64,000 nt of DNA, taken from Bigelowiella natans CCMP2755 (lineage: Eukaryota > Protista > Cercozoa). Below, in pieces: positions 12,612-26,367 of this stretch (positions are counted from its first letter, which is position 1; each line of letters starts with the position of its first letter). The stretch lies in the NCBI GenBank assembly GCA_000320545.1, contig ADNK01000513.1, positions 1 through 64,000 of the forward strand, written 5' to 3'. The position numbers and the translations under genes were made by a program. The notes below the pieces were generated by a model. It saw only the letters and a list, made by a program, of their open reading frames with translations, was not told the DNA's origin and did not search any database.

Positions 12612-14536
12612 ATGGAGACAATCGATCTTAGCCGTGATGAAGATGACGAGTCGATGGAGGAGGGGGAAATAAGAGAGGAGCCCCTACCAACGGGCCTTCT
12701 AGCAAGCGGTACGAAGGAAGCACAATCTGGCAAGCGGGAATCACGGACATCCCGACAAGCCAGCTACGATGATGGAAGATACGTAAGATATTCTCCCTCT
12801 CCTCGAAGCACACGTACCAGAAGACGCAAAAATAGGCACCAAGATGCACGTACTCGCTATCGTGGACATAACAAGAGTAGAAGCTGGAGCAAAAGCCCAA
12901 GTACCGAGGCTGCTGGACGCCACCGAACACGGGGAGGAGCAAGGGCCGAGGGACAACGATCAAGTATTAATCGAAGAAGGTAGAATTGTATACCAAAAAA
13001 GAGTAGAATTCAAATGATAGTGATGTTTGCTTGCGTGTTCATTCATGTGTGCTTGTGGGCGTGACTGGTCGTGATGAAAATGGCGTTTGATCCGTTCCTT
13101 TTTGTTAAAAAAAAATAGAGTAAGCACCATGAAAGGGAAGCTTGTTATCGACATAAGTAATGGGACGTCACCGACTGATATCGTGAGTGGTGAGCGTATC
13201 TTGAACCGCGGAAGGCTATCCGTACCGTCACAGCCTGATATTATCGACATAAGCGATTCTCCGATTGCGGAGAAGACTCGTGACATCCCTTCTCATCGCT
13301 ACGATAACCCTTTCCATCCCGTCGAGGGCGCCCCCGCCACACAGGACTTACATGACAAAGCGCTTGCTATTCGGTGTCAAGCGCCTATTTCAAAATTAAC
13401 GACGACGACGAGTTCCAGGGATCTTCTCCATCGGCAGTACCAGCAACCACCCCCGCCTACTGTCGTCCAATATTTCAACCAAGATAACAGGGACTCTCGA
13501 GAAATAGGGCCAATCGAAGGGAGGCTACAGCATCAACAATGGGAGAGCGCAGTACCACAGCATCAGCATCAGCAGCAAGATCCAAACCGTACTGGGAGAC
13601 TAGTCTCTGGACGCAGTAGTACTTCGAATTTCATGAATGATTATAGCATTCGCTGCACAGTCTTTCCTACGCATACATCGGTGCAACACCACCACCACCA
13701 GGAACACCGAGCACCACTGTCTTGCCCACAAGAGCCCCAGCCCTCGCAACCGTCGCGCGTTGTGAGATCGCCACTCCTGACGACACCTCTTTTACTATCC
13801 CCATCGTCTCTTCATCATACGATCCACAGTAGTCACCTCTACCCTTCTTCCCCTTCCTCAGTAAGAGAGAACATCCCAGGCACACCGTCGACTCTGAAGA
13901 AGCCCCATATTCCACGGCCACCACCATCCCCACCCCCACCCACTCTTGATAGCACTCCGCCTTCTTCGCGACTACTGCTGAACCCTTCGCTTCTGTACTC
14001 CCGTCCTCAATACGGTTACCATCATCAGCAGCAGCTTCCCATTCGTCGCGATCTTCTCCCCCCCCCTCTTCCCCCAACGTCACATTCACCTTTTCTCCGC
14101 CGTCGACCTCCACCTCCCCCTCCAAGGCAAAGCAAGCTTCCAAGAGACTCCCAATCACCAGCAACAAGGGGGGTTGATGGTGAAGGGAGTAATGTCCACA
14201 ACACCAACTCGAAGGTAGATGCTGTAGTCGTAGAAGTAGTAGTAACAGTGGCAGTAGCAGTAGTAGCAGCAGCAGTAGTAGCAGTAGTAGCAGTAGTAGT
14301 GGTGGTGGTGGTGGTGGGGGTAGGGCAGCATCGCTATCGTCTTTGCTTATATATGCGAAATCGAAGGATATGTTCGAACACCTTTGTTTGGTTCGCTTTG
14401 ACTTGTGACGATTCCCATGTTGGTTGCCCAGTCGAGTTTGACATCTTTTACTTTGTTTATGTGTGTGCTGTTGGACAGTTTGGAGGGTTGAGGCAGCAGC
14501 AGCATCCCCCGCCTCCATCCTTTTCTGCATCATTCC

Positions 14537-14573
<37 letters not shown>

Positions 14574-17500
14574 GATTCCGTTGCTCGGAGGCCCATCTTC
14601 CCGAACTGCACAGCAGTGGCATACTCCCTCGAGCAGATCGTTGCCATTAAGCACCATTTCTGGGTCGCCAATGCCCCCCCCCCCTCCCCCACTACCACTT
14701 CTACCTCCACCGCCTTCTCAGGTGCACGAACAACTAGAACAAGGATATAATGATTCGACGGCTTCAAACTTCAAGCGTCCTCCTCCTCCTCCTCCTCCGC
14801 TCCCCTCCCCCCCCCCACTTCCATCTCCCCCGCTCCCTTCATTTCAAGTACTTAAACAACAACGCGCTCAGAAGGAACACGATGGGTCTAACGGTGCAAT
14901 CTTCGAGCGTCCTCCCGACCCTTCCTCTTCGTCGAGCCTCGCCTATTCAAGCAAGCGAAAGCGAGAGAAGCCTCCCCCACCTCCCCCGCCTCGTCCCCCG
15001 AAAACGAACAAGAGAGCCAGAGTTAGTTCTAGTAGCAGAAGTGGCACCAACAACAAAAATAAACGACAAAGAAAGAGGAAAGGGGGAAATAGTAGGAAGA
15101 TTCAGCAGCAGCAGCAGCAGCAGCAGCTATGGCCCAGACGGAAGAAAGAACAGGTCGCGAGGGATCGGATTGGTCTTGATGATGTTGATAACAGCGAAAG
15201 TGAAGGTGAAATGAAGGGAGGAGAGTCGCGGTGGTTGAGAGAGGAAGCAGCTGCCTTAGCCGCCTTGAGAGCAAGGATGGAGAGGAAGACTCATAAAGGA
15301 GCATCATCAGCCCCAAATGGACAACAGCAGAGGCCCCAAAAGATGATATCCGCAGTAGCAGCAGCACCAGCAGTAGCGTCGCCATCACCAAGAGAGAAAG
15401 TAGCGGCAGGAACAGCTAAAGTGAATAATAGCACGCGGCTACTGCAGAGGGACAAAAGAAGTAGTAGTCCGAGTGGTCAAACGAAAATACAGCAGATTAC
15501 AGAAAAAGGAGGACGAGCAACATCGTCGACACCAGGGCCAAGAGGTAGTAGAGGTAGAGGAGGGGGAGGAGGAGAAGGAGGAGATCACGAAGCAACAGCA
15601 CCAGTAGCAGCAGCAGCAGCACTGAATGAGGCAGAAGCTAGAGCACCACCACCACCACCACCATCACATCAATCGGAAGAAGAAGAGGCGAATAAGCTGA
15701 ATGATGAAAGGGAAGCGACTAGAAACAACCGGAATAAGTGCACCAACGAATCATGCGGCAATGAAAGGAAGATGAGTTGCGACTTCAAGCGATGTGCTCG
15801 GTGCTGTTTCACAATCAACAAAGGAAAGACATGCTCAGCCCACAAAATGACCTCGGACCAAGTCGCAAGACAAATTATGAGGGAGGCAAAAGAACACTTA
15901 TGGAGCCTGAAGATGAAGGAAAAACAACGAAAGAAGAGGCTAAGACAGCAAAGGAAAGTGCTAGAGATCCAAGAAAGATTCGAGCACCGTTGGCAGCAAA
16001 AGGAGCAAGAAATCGCAAGGAAAAAGACGACGACGTCATCGGTAGCAGTAGCAGAAGCGAGAGTACTGGCAGGAAGCAGCGCGGCACCCCCTCCGCCAAC
16101 ACCACAAAAACGACGACAAGAAAAGCAACAAGGAGGAAATGCGGCAACAAACAGATCAGAAGGAGCAAAAGCAAAGGGGACTGTGGCGGACACGGCAGCG
16201 GTCGAGGTTGGGCAGAATAGTACCAGCGAAGAGATGATAGCGAGGAGGAGAAGAAGGGTTGTAGTGGTGAAGACGAAGACGACTGAAGGAGAGATGAGTG
16301 CGAGGATGGCAACGAAAACGACAACGACAAAGTTGGGTAAGGCCACTAGCACAACCAATCCTCGTGCTAGCAGGGAGGGCTGCAATGATAAGGTGCCTGC
16401 TACTGCTTTTTGCTCTACAAATTCTCTTCAGCAGCAGCAGCAGCATCACGATTCCAGCCTATTATCTAACCCAGAGTCACATTCCGCAGCACTCTCTTTC
16501 CTGAACAGGTACGAGTTATTGTGAGCCCTATCTGATATATTGATCTCCTTCTCTGCTTCTCTCGTATGCATGTGTGTGTGGAGAGGGTGGGTGCATGTCC
16601 CCTTGTTTCTTCGTCTATTCTCCCCTCTCAAATCACCTCTACAATCACTACTTTTAATAATGCTACTACTACTGCTACCACTTTGGGCAGGTTGTTTAAA
16701 GGCGGCAACGACGACAAGAACGGAGCGGAGGGAGAAGTCAAAACCATCATCACCGCTACCACTAGCACCAGCAGCAACAGCAACAGCAACAGTAACAACA
16801 CAAATGACCATAGCAGCAGCAGCAGCAGCAATGACAACAAGGGAACACGTCATCTCCGGAAGGTTTCGTGGTCAAGTGCGGACAGGATTGGATTTCAAAG
16901 GTCTTTCACGATCGACCTATCCAGCAGCAGCGATGATGACGAAAATAAAGATGATGAGCGGAAGCAGCATCAGCAGCAGCCATCAATCCCATCCTCCTCC
17001 ACAGCTACTGACTCTGACAAGGCTGCACTCGTGAGAAGGAAGCAGGGAGAAGTTGAGCTACTACGCCTGAAAATTGCGGAAATGGAGGCGAAGCACCGCT
17101 TGCAACAAAGCTTGAAGAAGAAGAAGAAGAAGACGACGAACATGACGAAGAAGAAGCTGCAGCCACCACCGCAGCAGGTACACGGTCACGGTGATGGCGA
17201 GGGTGATGGCAAACACGACGTTGTCTTGAGCAGCAGTAGAACACCACAACCGTCGGGGATTTCTTCTAGACGGCCCACTGCTACTGGTCTCACCGTTGCG
17301 TCTTCATCATCATTGCCATCTTCATCTGCCACCATCGAGGAGGATCATGAGAGGAGGGGTCCGCACGTGGATGCGAACATCTCTAACACAGCAGCGAGGA
17401 CCACGACGTCGGCGGTGATGACCGAATCTTGCAGCAGCAGAAATGCAGACAAAGAATCACACGTTGGCGTGGCATCGAGGAGTTCGGTTTCACCTGTCGC

Positions 17501-20500
17501 TACTGCTCCTGCCACTGCTACCGCTGCTGCTACAGACACAAAGAAGACGGGGGCCGCGACATCAAAGTCGGGAGGAGGGAAGGGGGTACCAAGCGGTGCC
17601 AACGGCCACCGTGCTCCGGAGGACCGTGTCGTCTCCGATTTGCAAGCGAAGGAGGAGGAGGAGGACGATGACGACGTGGCGGTGATGGCTGTTGAAGAAG
17701 ATGCTGCTGCTGCACCGCCATCGGCCTCCGATGTGGCTAGTTCAAACTGTAGAAGCAGCGACAACAGCAACAACACACCTACTCTACCACTAGGTGTCAC
17801 TACTACTACCATGCAGCAGGAACCTACTGCTCCTGCAAGACAAGACATTCGACAGAGAAGCAGCAGCAACACACGATCAGGTGGCGGCACCATTGATAGG
17901 AACAGTACTACTGGTAGTAGTAGTAGTAGTAGTAGCAGCAGCAGCAGCAGCAGCAACAAGTTACTGCTAGCCCTTGAAGTCCAGAAGAGCATCGCACGCC
18001 TTAAGCAAGGGGAAGCCCTCCTTAAGCTGAAGAACTACCGCCTCTCACAAGCCAAACAGCGCACAGAGAAAGCGCAAAAGGAGCTCGAGGTGGCCATGAA
18101 GGCAGTTGCAACGGCCAAGAAAGAGGTGACACAATGCCAGAAAGATGTGGATGAGCAAACCATTCTCGTGCTCACCCACAGGCGCCAGCTCATAGACGTG
18201 AACAAGCGCCTTTCTCGCCTCAAAGTGGTGACGGCATTTCATAAGAACAGTAATAACGGCAGCAGCAGCAGCAGCAGCAATGGTGTGGGCAACAAAGGAC
18301 GGGCAGGAGAGGTGGCTGAGCAGCAGCAGCAGCCACATCGACGTGGTGTTGTTCGAGATGATAGTAAAAGGACGACAACGACAACGACGACGACGACGAC
18401 GACCCATGGGCGCGTGAGGATGATGATTCCACCGATTCCAGATGAGGAGAAGGTCACTGAGTCTAGTCTAGGTGACGATGGCAAGCGCAGGAAGCAGCAG
18501 CAGCAGCAGAATGAAAGGAAAGGGGCCACTTCGGAGCTGCAGCAGGTCTTGCAGCGCGCCAAAATGTCACCACGTGACGGCGCACGCAGCTATTCTCGAA
18601 TCGTAGCCCGACGCTTGAGTATGATCAAGGCCTCGCAGGTGCGGTCCAAGCTGCAGGTGATGCGGCGGTTGATTTCTGAGAAGCAGCGGATACGACAGAA
18701 GCGCATCCTCATGGAGCAGAGCAAGAGCATCAGGCAGCGACTGATGGAGGAGAAGGTGCTGCTGAAGAGAACAGAGCGTCAGCAAGTTGCGCTTAGAGTC
18801 GATCGGTACACGCGCGCCCTCCTCGTTAACTTCGCTAAGAACGCAGCTAGGCCGTGGCTCATGGGTGGGGGGAACGCTGACACAGCCGCCAAGACCATGA
18901 TGATGATGACGATGATGAAGATGTCATCGGCAGCAGCAGGAGCAGGAGCAGCAACTACGCCAGGAGTAGGAAAAGACTGCCAAATGGAGGTTGAATATGG
19001 TGAGGAGGAGGAGAATGAGGATGATGATGAGAAGGAGTACAGTAACAACAGCAGAACAGCAATTACAACAACGAATCTCCATCTCGCCTCCTCCTCCTCC
19101 TCCTCCTCCTCCTCCTCCTTCTCGCCATTGCTAATGTTTCGATCATACCGGTTTGATCCTTCGTGTCGTGTGGGGCTCGACTCACCAACGATGACGCACC
19201 GCATCGATCCGCTCGCAATCTTCTGCCGCTTTGACCTTGACGGCACATGTAACGACCAAACATGCAGGTATCAGCACCTCCGGGAGGCCGCACGAGTCTC
19301 AGCGAAGGAGCTGGTGGCTGAGCTGGCAACGTACTCTCCCAAGAAGGACGCGGTGAGACAATGGGCGCGAAAGATCAACCCTTCGATTGAGGATTCAAAG
19401 GCGCTAGCAGCAGCTGTGCGGAAACAGGTGAAAGCGCCGTTCTTCGTCTCGACCCTTTCTATCGCCCCAGAGCGCAAAGCGGCACTAGAGGCACAGATTC
19501 ACATGTCGCGGGTTCGAAATCACAAGACCATCATCCAGCAAGTCCCGAAATACCGCTCAAAGATGAGGAGGGGGAGGGGATCGGGGAAGAGACGATGGAA
19601 GAAGCAGGAAAGTAGATATGGCGGCGGCAAAAACAACAAAAAGTCAACTTCGTCGTCGTCGTCTTCATCATCATTACCAGCATCACACAGCAGGGGCATG
19701 ATGGTGGACGATGGGGGGGGTAAGCAGGATGATGATTATGATAAAGACAATGCTGATACTGAGTTTGCAGGTTGTGATACCATGAAGAAAGGTGATGAGC
19801 ATGACGCTGATGATTTCATTCCTCTACCCAAGGATGATGACGATGATGATGAGGATGATGACGATGATTTTGAAGAAGGACGAGGAGACGACAACGGCGA
19901 TGACGATGACGACGACGAAGATGATGACGACGAGGAGGACGAGGATGAAGAGGATGATGATAAGTATGGCATGGATGATGAAGACAATGAGTTAAAAGGG
20001 GCAAGAGAGAGCTGCTGCCGGTTTCAAACCCTGTCTGCATACATGGACGCTGTTGCGGAGACACCCCAGGACCTCTCTCTGTGGATAGAAGCCGTACTTA
20101 TTGCTCTTGAGACCAGTGATGGGAGGGGGGGAGGCAAAGGAGGAGGAGGAGGAGGAGCAGGGGTATCTGATCGTCAGCGAAATGGCGACGCGAAGGTTCT
20201 CAATGTCCTGTCTCGCGCGATTGAAGAGCACCCTGGTGTAGAGCTGCTATGGTGTCTCTATATGCAGCGCTACCTGGCCTCGGGCGCGTCGGCCGCCGAT
20301 ATGTGCGAGATTCTGTCCCACGCGGTGCTTTACACACATGTGATTCTCCCCGCTCATCAGCTCTCGTCGCCCGGCGTCGTCATCAACGCTCGTCTACGTC
20401 TGTGCCTCTGGAGCCAGTACATAGATACGCAGAGAAGCTACTCGGGCCGGGTCAAGCTCGCACTGGAGGCTGAGGCAGCGTTTGCACGCGGCGTCGGCCG

Positions 20501-22734
20501 GCATCGGTTCTATGATGAAACCGTGTCAATGCTTGCTCAGAGAACTGCTAGGATCGACCTTGAGGCGGGGCAACACGATCAGGCGCTCGTTCGGCTCGCA
20601 GCCTTCCTCGCTCATAATCCGGAAGGAAAAGGAGGAGAGGGGGGCAGCTTAAGAAGCGAGGGGCAGCAGCAGCAGCAGCAGAGGGGCGCGGAGAATAAAG
20701 ACGGCAGCTCTTCATCTTCTTCCTCTTCTTCGTCGGTCTTGAGAGGACTCTCAAGTAAGATTCGTAGTCCGGTTCTCCAGGTGATAAACTGGCTGTTTTA
20801 CGTGCACATCATGGCTTTTGGAAGCATTCCGTGCATTGAATATGCACACAATCACCTGGACTCGACGTTGGACTTTGATGCAGATGATGCTGAGGAGAGA
20901 CGGTTGCGAGGCCTCTTCGCAACAACACTTTCTTGGTGGCAGCAAGCGCTCTCGCCTTTCCCAGCAACCTCCTCCCCCTCCTCCTCCTCCTCCTTAACAT
21001 CGGCTCTTTTGAGGAATGGGCTGGACGTTGACCGGCTAGAAGCTGCTTTCAAGGCGGCCATCCATGCGCTTTTCGTGAGGGAAGAAGACGATGAAGACGG
21101 TACCCATTATGGGGATAACTCTACTGCTGCCGATGATGATAATAATGAGAATTGCAGACTGGCGTGTGTATGCTTGCTAGTGTACCACTGGGCCGAGTTT
21201 AGGCGGTGTTACGCTCAGGACCAAGAGATGAGTCGTGGCGAGGACTCTTACCACGATGGCAACGACAATCACCATGATGATGATGTCATCCGAAACACGC
21301 TACTAAAGCTGAGAATCGAACCGGCGCGACTACAGGTGGTCCCTCATTCCTGCATTAGTGTGCGCAACTACCTGTGGTTGATTCGTTGTCCTAGTCAGAA
21401 AGAAATGAAGATAGGAGGGGGAGGGGGAGGAGCGTCTCCTCTGACAGCAGCCCGTGCTTTGGCGATGATTAATGTCCTTGGAAAGGGAGGGGGGGGGAAG
21501 AATACGGCCATGATTGAGGAGGAGGTGGGGGAGAATTGCTACGTCACTGGCGCTGCTGCTCCAGCATATGCATGGTACTATTTGGCCACGTACTTGCTTC
21601 GAGAACAGGGTGATAAAGAGGCCGCAGTGGAGCTGCTGTGCCACTTCTCACGCGTAGTAGCACTGGTATCGCAGAAGAAGAAGAAGAAGAAGCAGCATCA
21701 CCACAACCACCACCAGCAGCAGCAGGAAGAGGAAGTGGAGAGGAAGAGGAAGGAGACACGCAAAAACGAGCCCACCGCTCCTTCAAAGAATAAAGCAGTA
21801 GCGACGGTAGCAGTTGCAGAAGCAAAGAAGCTGTTTCGGGAAGCTTTGTTGGCACAGCAGCAAGGTAGTGTTAGGGAGACTGCCGCCAATGGCTACACTT
21901 GGGCCTGCTTCTGTCTTTTCGAGGTGCTGACGGCAGCAATTGAGACAACAACCACGAGATCTGTGAGGCACCATCGAAGCAAAGACGACGGTCCCCCCTC
22001 CACTGCTACAGCAGCTTTGAACTCATCTCCCACCATCGCCGTCCTTCGGCTCTTTCAGCATGCAGCTACATCGTTAGCAGAGCAGCAAAAGCAGCAGCAG
22101 CTGCTACTGCAGGAGGAGGAGCAGGAGCGGGAAGACGGAACCCAACGCTTATCGTCGCTTTCAATGCAACTGTATCCAGACGGCTACAATGAGCTGATGC
22201 TGGAGCATGCGACCTACCTTTGCAGTCTCGAAGATGGTAATGCCGGTGGCGATGGTGGCGGCGGCGGCGGCGGCGGTAGGATGGAAAGGAGGGGGGGGGC
22301 TCATCGGCAGCGCCGTCGAGTTATGTTCACACGCTTCATTGACCAGTACACGAACTACCTGTCGAGGCGGCAAGCCTGGGTCGCGAGGAAGCATGCCGAC
22401 TGGATCGCGACTACATTCCTCATGCTATCATCATCGTCATCTTCGTCGTCATCGTCGTCGCCATCACTCGAAGAAAGGTGGCCAGCAGCTCAATGGAGGC
22501 GGCGCAACGGCTTGGTGCGGCTCCTGCAGAAATTCGCTGTGCGGAGCATTGTGGACGAGGACCGCGTGCACTCGGCGCTCCCGTACCTGGCGCGCACGGT
22601 CTTTCGCATGTACACGAATGCATGCTTTGGAAGCCAGCAGCAGAGGGGCAGCATCTACCAAGTCCTTGTGCAGAGCCTCCGATTCGACCCAGCGCTCGCC
22701 ATGGAGTACGTTTATGATGATGATGATGATGATA

Positions 22735-22765
<31 letters not shown>

Positions 22766-22798
22766 GCTGATCATTGGGATGATGATTGGTTCATTTTG

Positions 22799-22833
<35 letters not shown>

Positions 22834-23403
22834 GTGTGTGCTCGCGTCTTCTGATGATAAGTAACTGTAGTTAATAGTCGCCAAGAACAGCAGTCGTAGT
22901 AGTAGCAACAGTAGCAATAGCAGTAGTAGTAGTAGTAGTAGTAGTTGTGGTATGGGAGGAGGGTCAGTCTTATTAGATTTCCCTTAACGCATCGTTATCC
23001 CATGCTATCATGATCAGCATCGATGTTTTGCCCTGTTACAGGTGGGTGGTGTCCGAGATCCAGGACGGTAGCTTTGCCTTCGCACGACGAGGCCTCGCAA
23101 TATTAACAAGAAAGCACCCGAGGGACCCTGCTGCATGGGCCATGTATGTTCTAATCAGCCGTGCAGAACACAAAGATAACGATAACAATATTAATTCTAT
23201 AAAATCAGCAGAAGAAGATGATTATTATGATACCCCCCCCTCGCTCTACTTCTTCTACCAAAGGATGGCATATCTAGAGTGGGTCGACAGCAACATCGAG
23301 GGCGCACAGAAGACGTTGCTGCGCGGCTTGGAATACAACCCAATCTCTTATGCTCTTCACTCCCAGGTAGCACAATGGACTTTTACATGGATATTTGTAT
23401 ACA

Positions 23404-23451
<48 letters not shown>

Positions 23452-23486
23452 CTATTAATATATGTGCGTGTGTGTGTGTGTGTGTA

Positions 23487-23541
<55 letters not shown>

Positions 23542-23896
23542 TTGTGAGTACGTGTGTGACAACACTCTTTCCTTCAGTTAATAGAATTGGAGCGGCGGTT
23601 TCTGCAAGGGAAGGAGAGCGAGGAGGCTCTTCAGATCGCCCGTGCAGCGCTTGGCCCGTGGTTCCAACTTCGGACCAAGAAGAGGGGGGGGGGGAAGAGT
23701 AAAACGGCGACGAATAACAATAATAACAACAACAACAACAACCCTAATGAAAATGAAAATGATGATGGTATTGGGGGGTACAGACGGGGAGGAGCAAAAG
23801 GGGAAGGAAGGCCGAGCAATTCGGTATGTACACATATCGTATTTGTACATGTGTCTTCATTCTTCTGTGTATCTATTGTTTATTCGCAAGTTATAA
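12612..23896 (+). CDS. ZFC3H1: ZFC3H1/Red1-like nuclear exosome adaptor (zf-C3H1 plus HAT/TPR-like repeats), very low-complexity; 3' end approximate
   Basis: ORFs 12612, 13087 and 16566 join via introns (e.g. 16509-16690, in frame). Motif FSPLLMFRSYRFDP..THRIDPLAIFCRFDLDGTCNDQTCRYQH (~19120-19280) is the zf-C3H1 signature. It is followed by helical repeats (PQDLSLWIEA, VLSRAIEEHPGVELLWCLYM, AQKTLLRGLEYNP). Confidence 0.75.
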
Positions 23897-25099
23897 CTTT
23901 CTATATGCTGTCCTGCCTCCTGCCCAGGGCTTTTCTTCTCAATTCCAGTCTGATACACGGTTGTTATTTCTTTGGTCTTTTCCCTTGTGTTATCTGGTCT
24001 GCTGCTGCTGCTACTGTTATATACTGTTACTGCATATTTTCATGTCTCTTCTGGTCCCGGGGTCCTCCTTGGCTTCTCTCCCCCCCCCCTCTGGTCTCCC
24101 TTCCTCGCGCTCTTGGGATCTTGGGTTTATGCGCACACCTCCTGTACACGGACACCGACTGTGACAATACTCCTTTCTATCTCCCCCCTCTCTTGCTCTC
24201 TCTTTCTCTCACAACAACATTTGATGTTGAATTCACTGGGTCGTTAATGCGACGCGATGGTGATGATGATGATGGTGACCATGACGTAATGTACGCAAAT
24301 CAATTGCGCAACAACGGTTGCTTCAATTGGATTTGTGGCGCCATCGTCGAATATACTGCGAATGTCGTCGGGGTGGGTCGCCCATCATTATGATTCCTCT
24401 CTTCGTGGATCTTACCAATGGTTTCGTGTTTGTCTCCCCAATGGTATCGTCAAAAATGAATGGTTCATCTAATTATTGCCAATGATGGTGATATGACGTG
24501 ACTGTTTTGCGTGTCTTTACTTCATAAATAATATCAACTACGCAATAAGTTTCAGCCTCCATTGCTTACATTCGGTTTGCCATTGTTTTTTCCATTTTTT
24601 GTTCTGTTGTTACTCTGTCGTTACAAATCTTGAAAGTCGGCATTTTGTTTTTGTTGTTCTTTCCTTCCTACTCTTCCCTCTTTCTTTCTCATATCGGTTG
24701 GACGACGCTGCGGGGTCAATATGAATACGCACAACTATTCCCGGGTTTCTATCATTGTAAAACCGGGTGTACGGTTGTGGTTGCGTGGTGCTGCTGCTAC
24801 GTTGGTTATTGTCACACTCCCGACTAATGACAACGACATCGTCATTTGATCTTTCTTCCACCACCACCACCACCACCACCATCGGATACACCACCACTAT
24901 TTCGCTTGACACATATCCCTGTTGATTGTTAACGATTAACTCGCGTAATGATGAAATAAATATGACAAAAAATGACGATCGTGGGGATAAAGAATAACCC
25001 AAACTCTAATCTTCCAATATCAAGACGTACGATTGGCTGCTAACGTGTTGAAACCCCATATCGAAAGGGTTTAGGTTTTGCCAAGTGCGCTGCCTTCAC

Positions 25100-26050
25100 A
25101 CTCACAAATATTTTTTTACTCACTACATGATCGCCTGCTAACTCTCTGCCCTTCAATTCACACACTACACCACATTCACATAAGACGCTCATTCACACCC
25201 TAGTGTAGGCATACGCACGCCTACATTGAGGTACAGTTCATGTAGATAAGACGCGCCGCCAGGTGATGCTGGATTAGCAGTGCCGCTAAAAAGTAGCACA
25301 CTGCATCCATATCATTTGCCTACCCAGCGTAGTTAAACCATCGCGTACACAGAATGCTTCTGTCAAAACATCTTGTTTGTCAAGCATATGTTCTGTTTAT
25401 TTGATGACTTCGTAATATGAAACCATATATACCCTGTCACATGTATCTAGATATGTCTGATATGGGCCTGCTAGCTACTGCTAGCTAGCTAGCATAACTG
25501 TATATAGCTGGATAGCCTGTCTACGTGTATGACCTAGACGTTTATCTAGCTATCTAGCTATGGCAGTAGGACATGCAACACACTGCTAGCTAGACTGCCT
25601 AGCTAGCTAGCTGCTAGGCAGTCTAGCAGTCTAGCTAGCGATGCGACTAGCTAGGCTAGAGGCGAACGCGCGCCAACTCTAGAACTCTCTGCTCATTCAA
25701 TGATCGTTCAAATGAATGTGTACTATTTTTTTTTCAATTATTGTCACCTCAGCCTAGCAGCGTAGCTGTCGTGCAAAGCTGCGGCTACAGCTAGTACACG
25801 CAGCGCTAGAGCGCTAGCTAGACAGCTCTAGCAAGACAGGCTGTGGTACTGATTTTCATGGTAATCATAATCGCATATGAGCACAGCGTGTGTATCTAGA
25901 AACACATACTGCCTGCTATGGCCTAGACACATCAAAATGTAGAGCCATTCAGATAGATGCATTGCATTGTAGTATGCAGCTGTCACTCATCAGCATATCA
26001 TGTCGCATTTCGCTTTAGCTAATAGGCATCAATTAGAACACTGCTTTCAC
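25100..26050. repeat. CTAG-rich degenerate intergenic tract between convergent genes
   Basis: About 20 CTAG in 25441-25690 counted by eye, versus about 1 expected. Shares gcagcgctagagcgct and agacgctcattca with other tracts. Confidence 0.7.
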
Positions 26051-26367
26051 GTGAAACACCATAACAAAGCATTACTTTTGTATAGTTTCTTGAATCAGAT
26101 ACTACATTTCATAAAATCATTGGGTATTTGACTTATATTCTAACTACTACGCATGGAATATCCTGCGCAAATATATCGTAGCAAGTTCTTCGACAGCCGG
26201 ATCCTGCTGTAGTTACAAATTCGTACAGCAGTTATCTCACGAATAAGATCGTAAAGATCTCCGACTTATAATCAAAATCTTTGAAGACACACCAAAGTTG
26301 ACTAATACATTTACTGAATCATTGACGAGCTCCTTCGAGCGGTAGAATTGTACTGACAGAATCCATA

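Noticed and set aside
13667-22770. Many antisense and alternate-frame ORFs with poly-L/V/M/C
   Set aside because: Shadows of trinucleotide repeats within the ZFC3H1-like gene.
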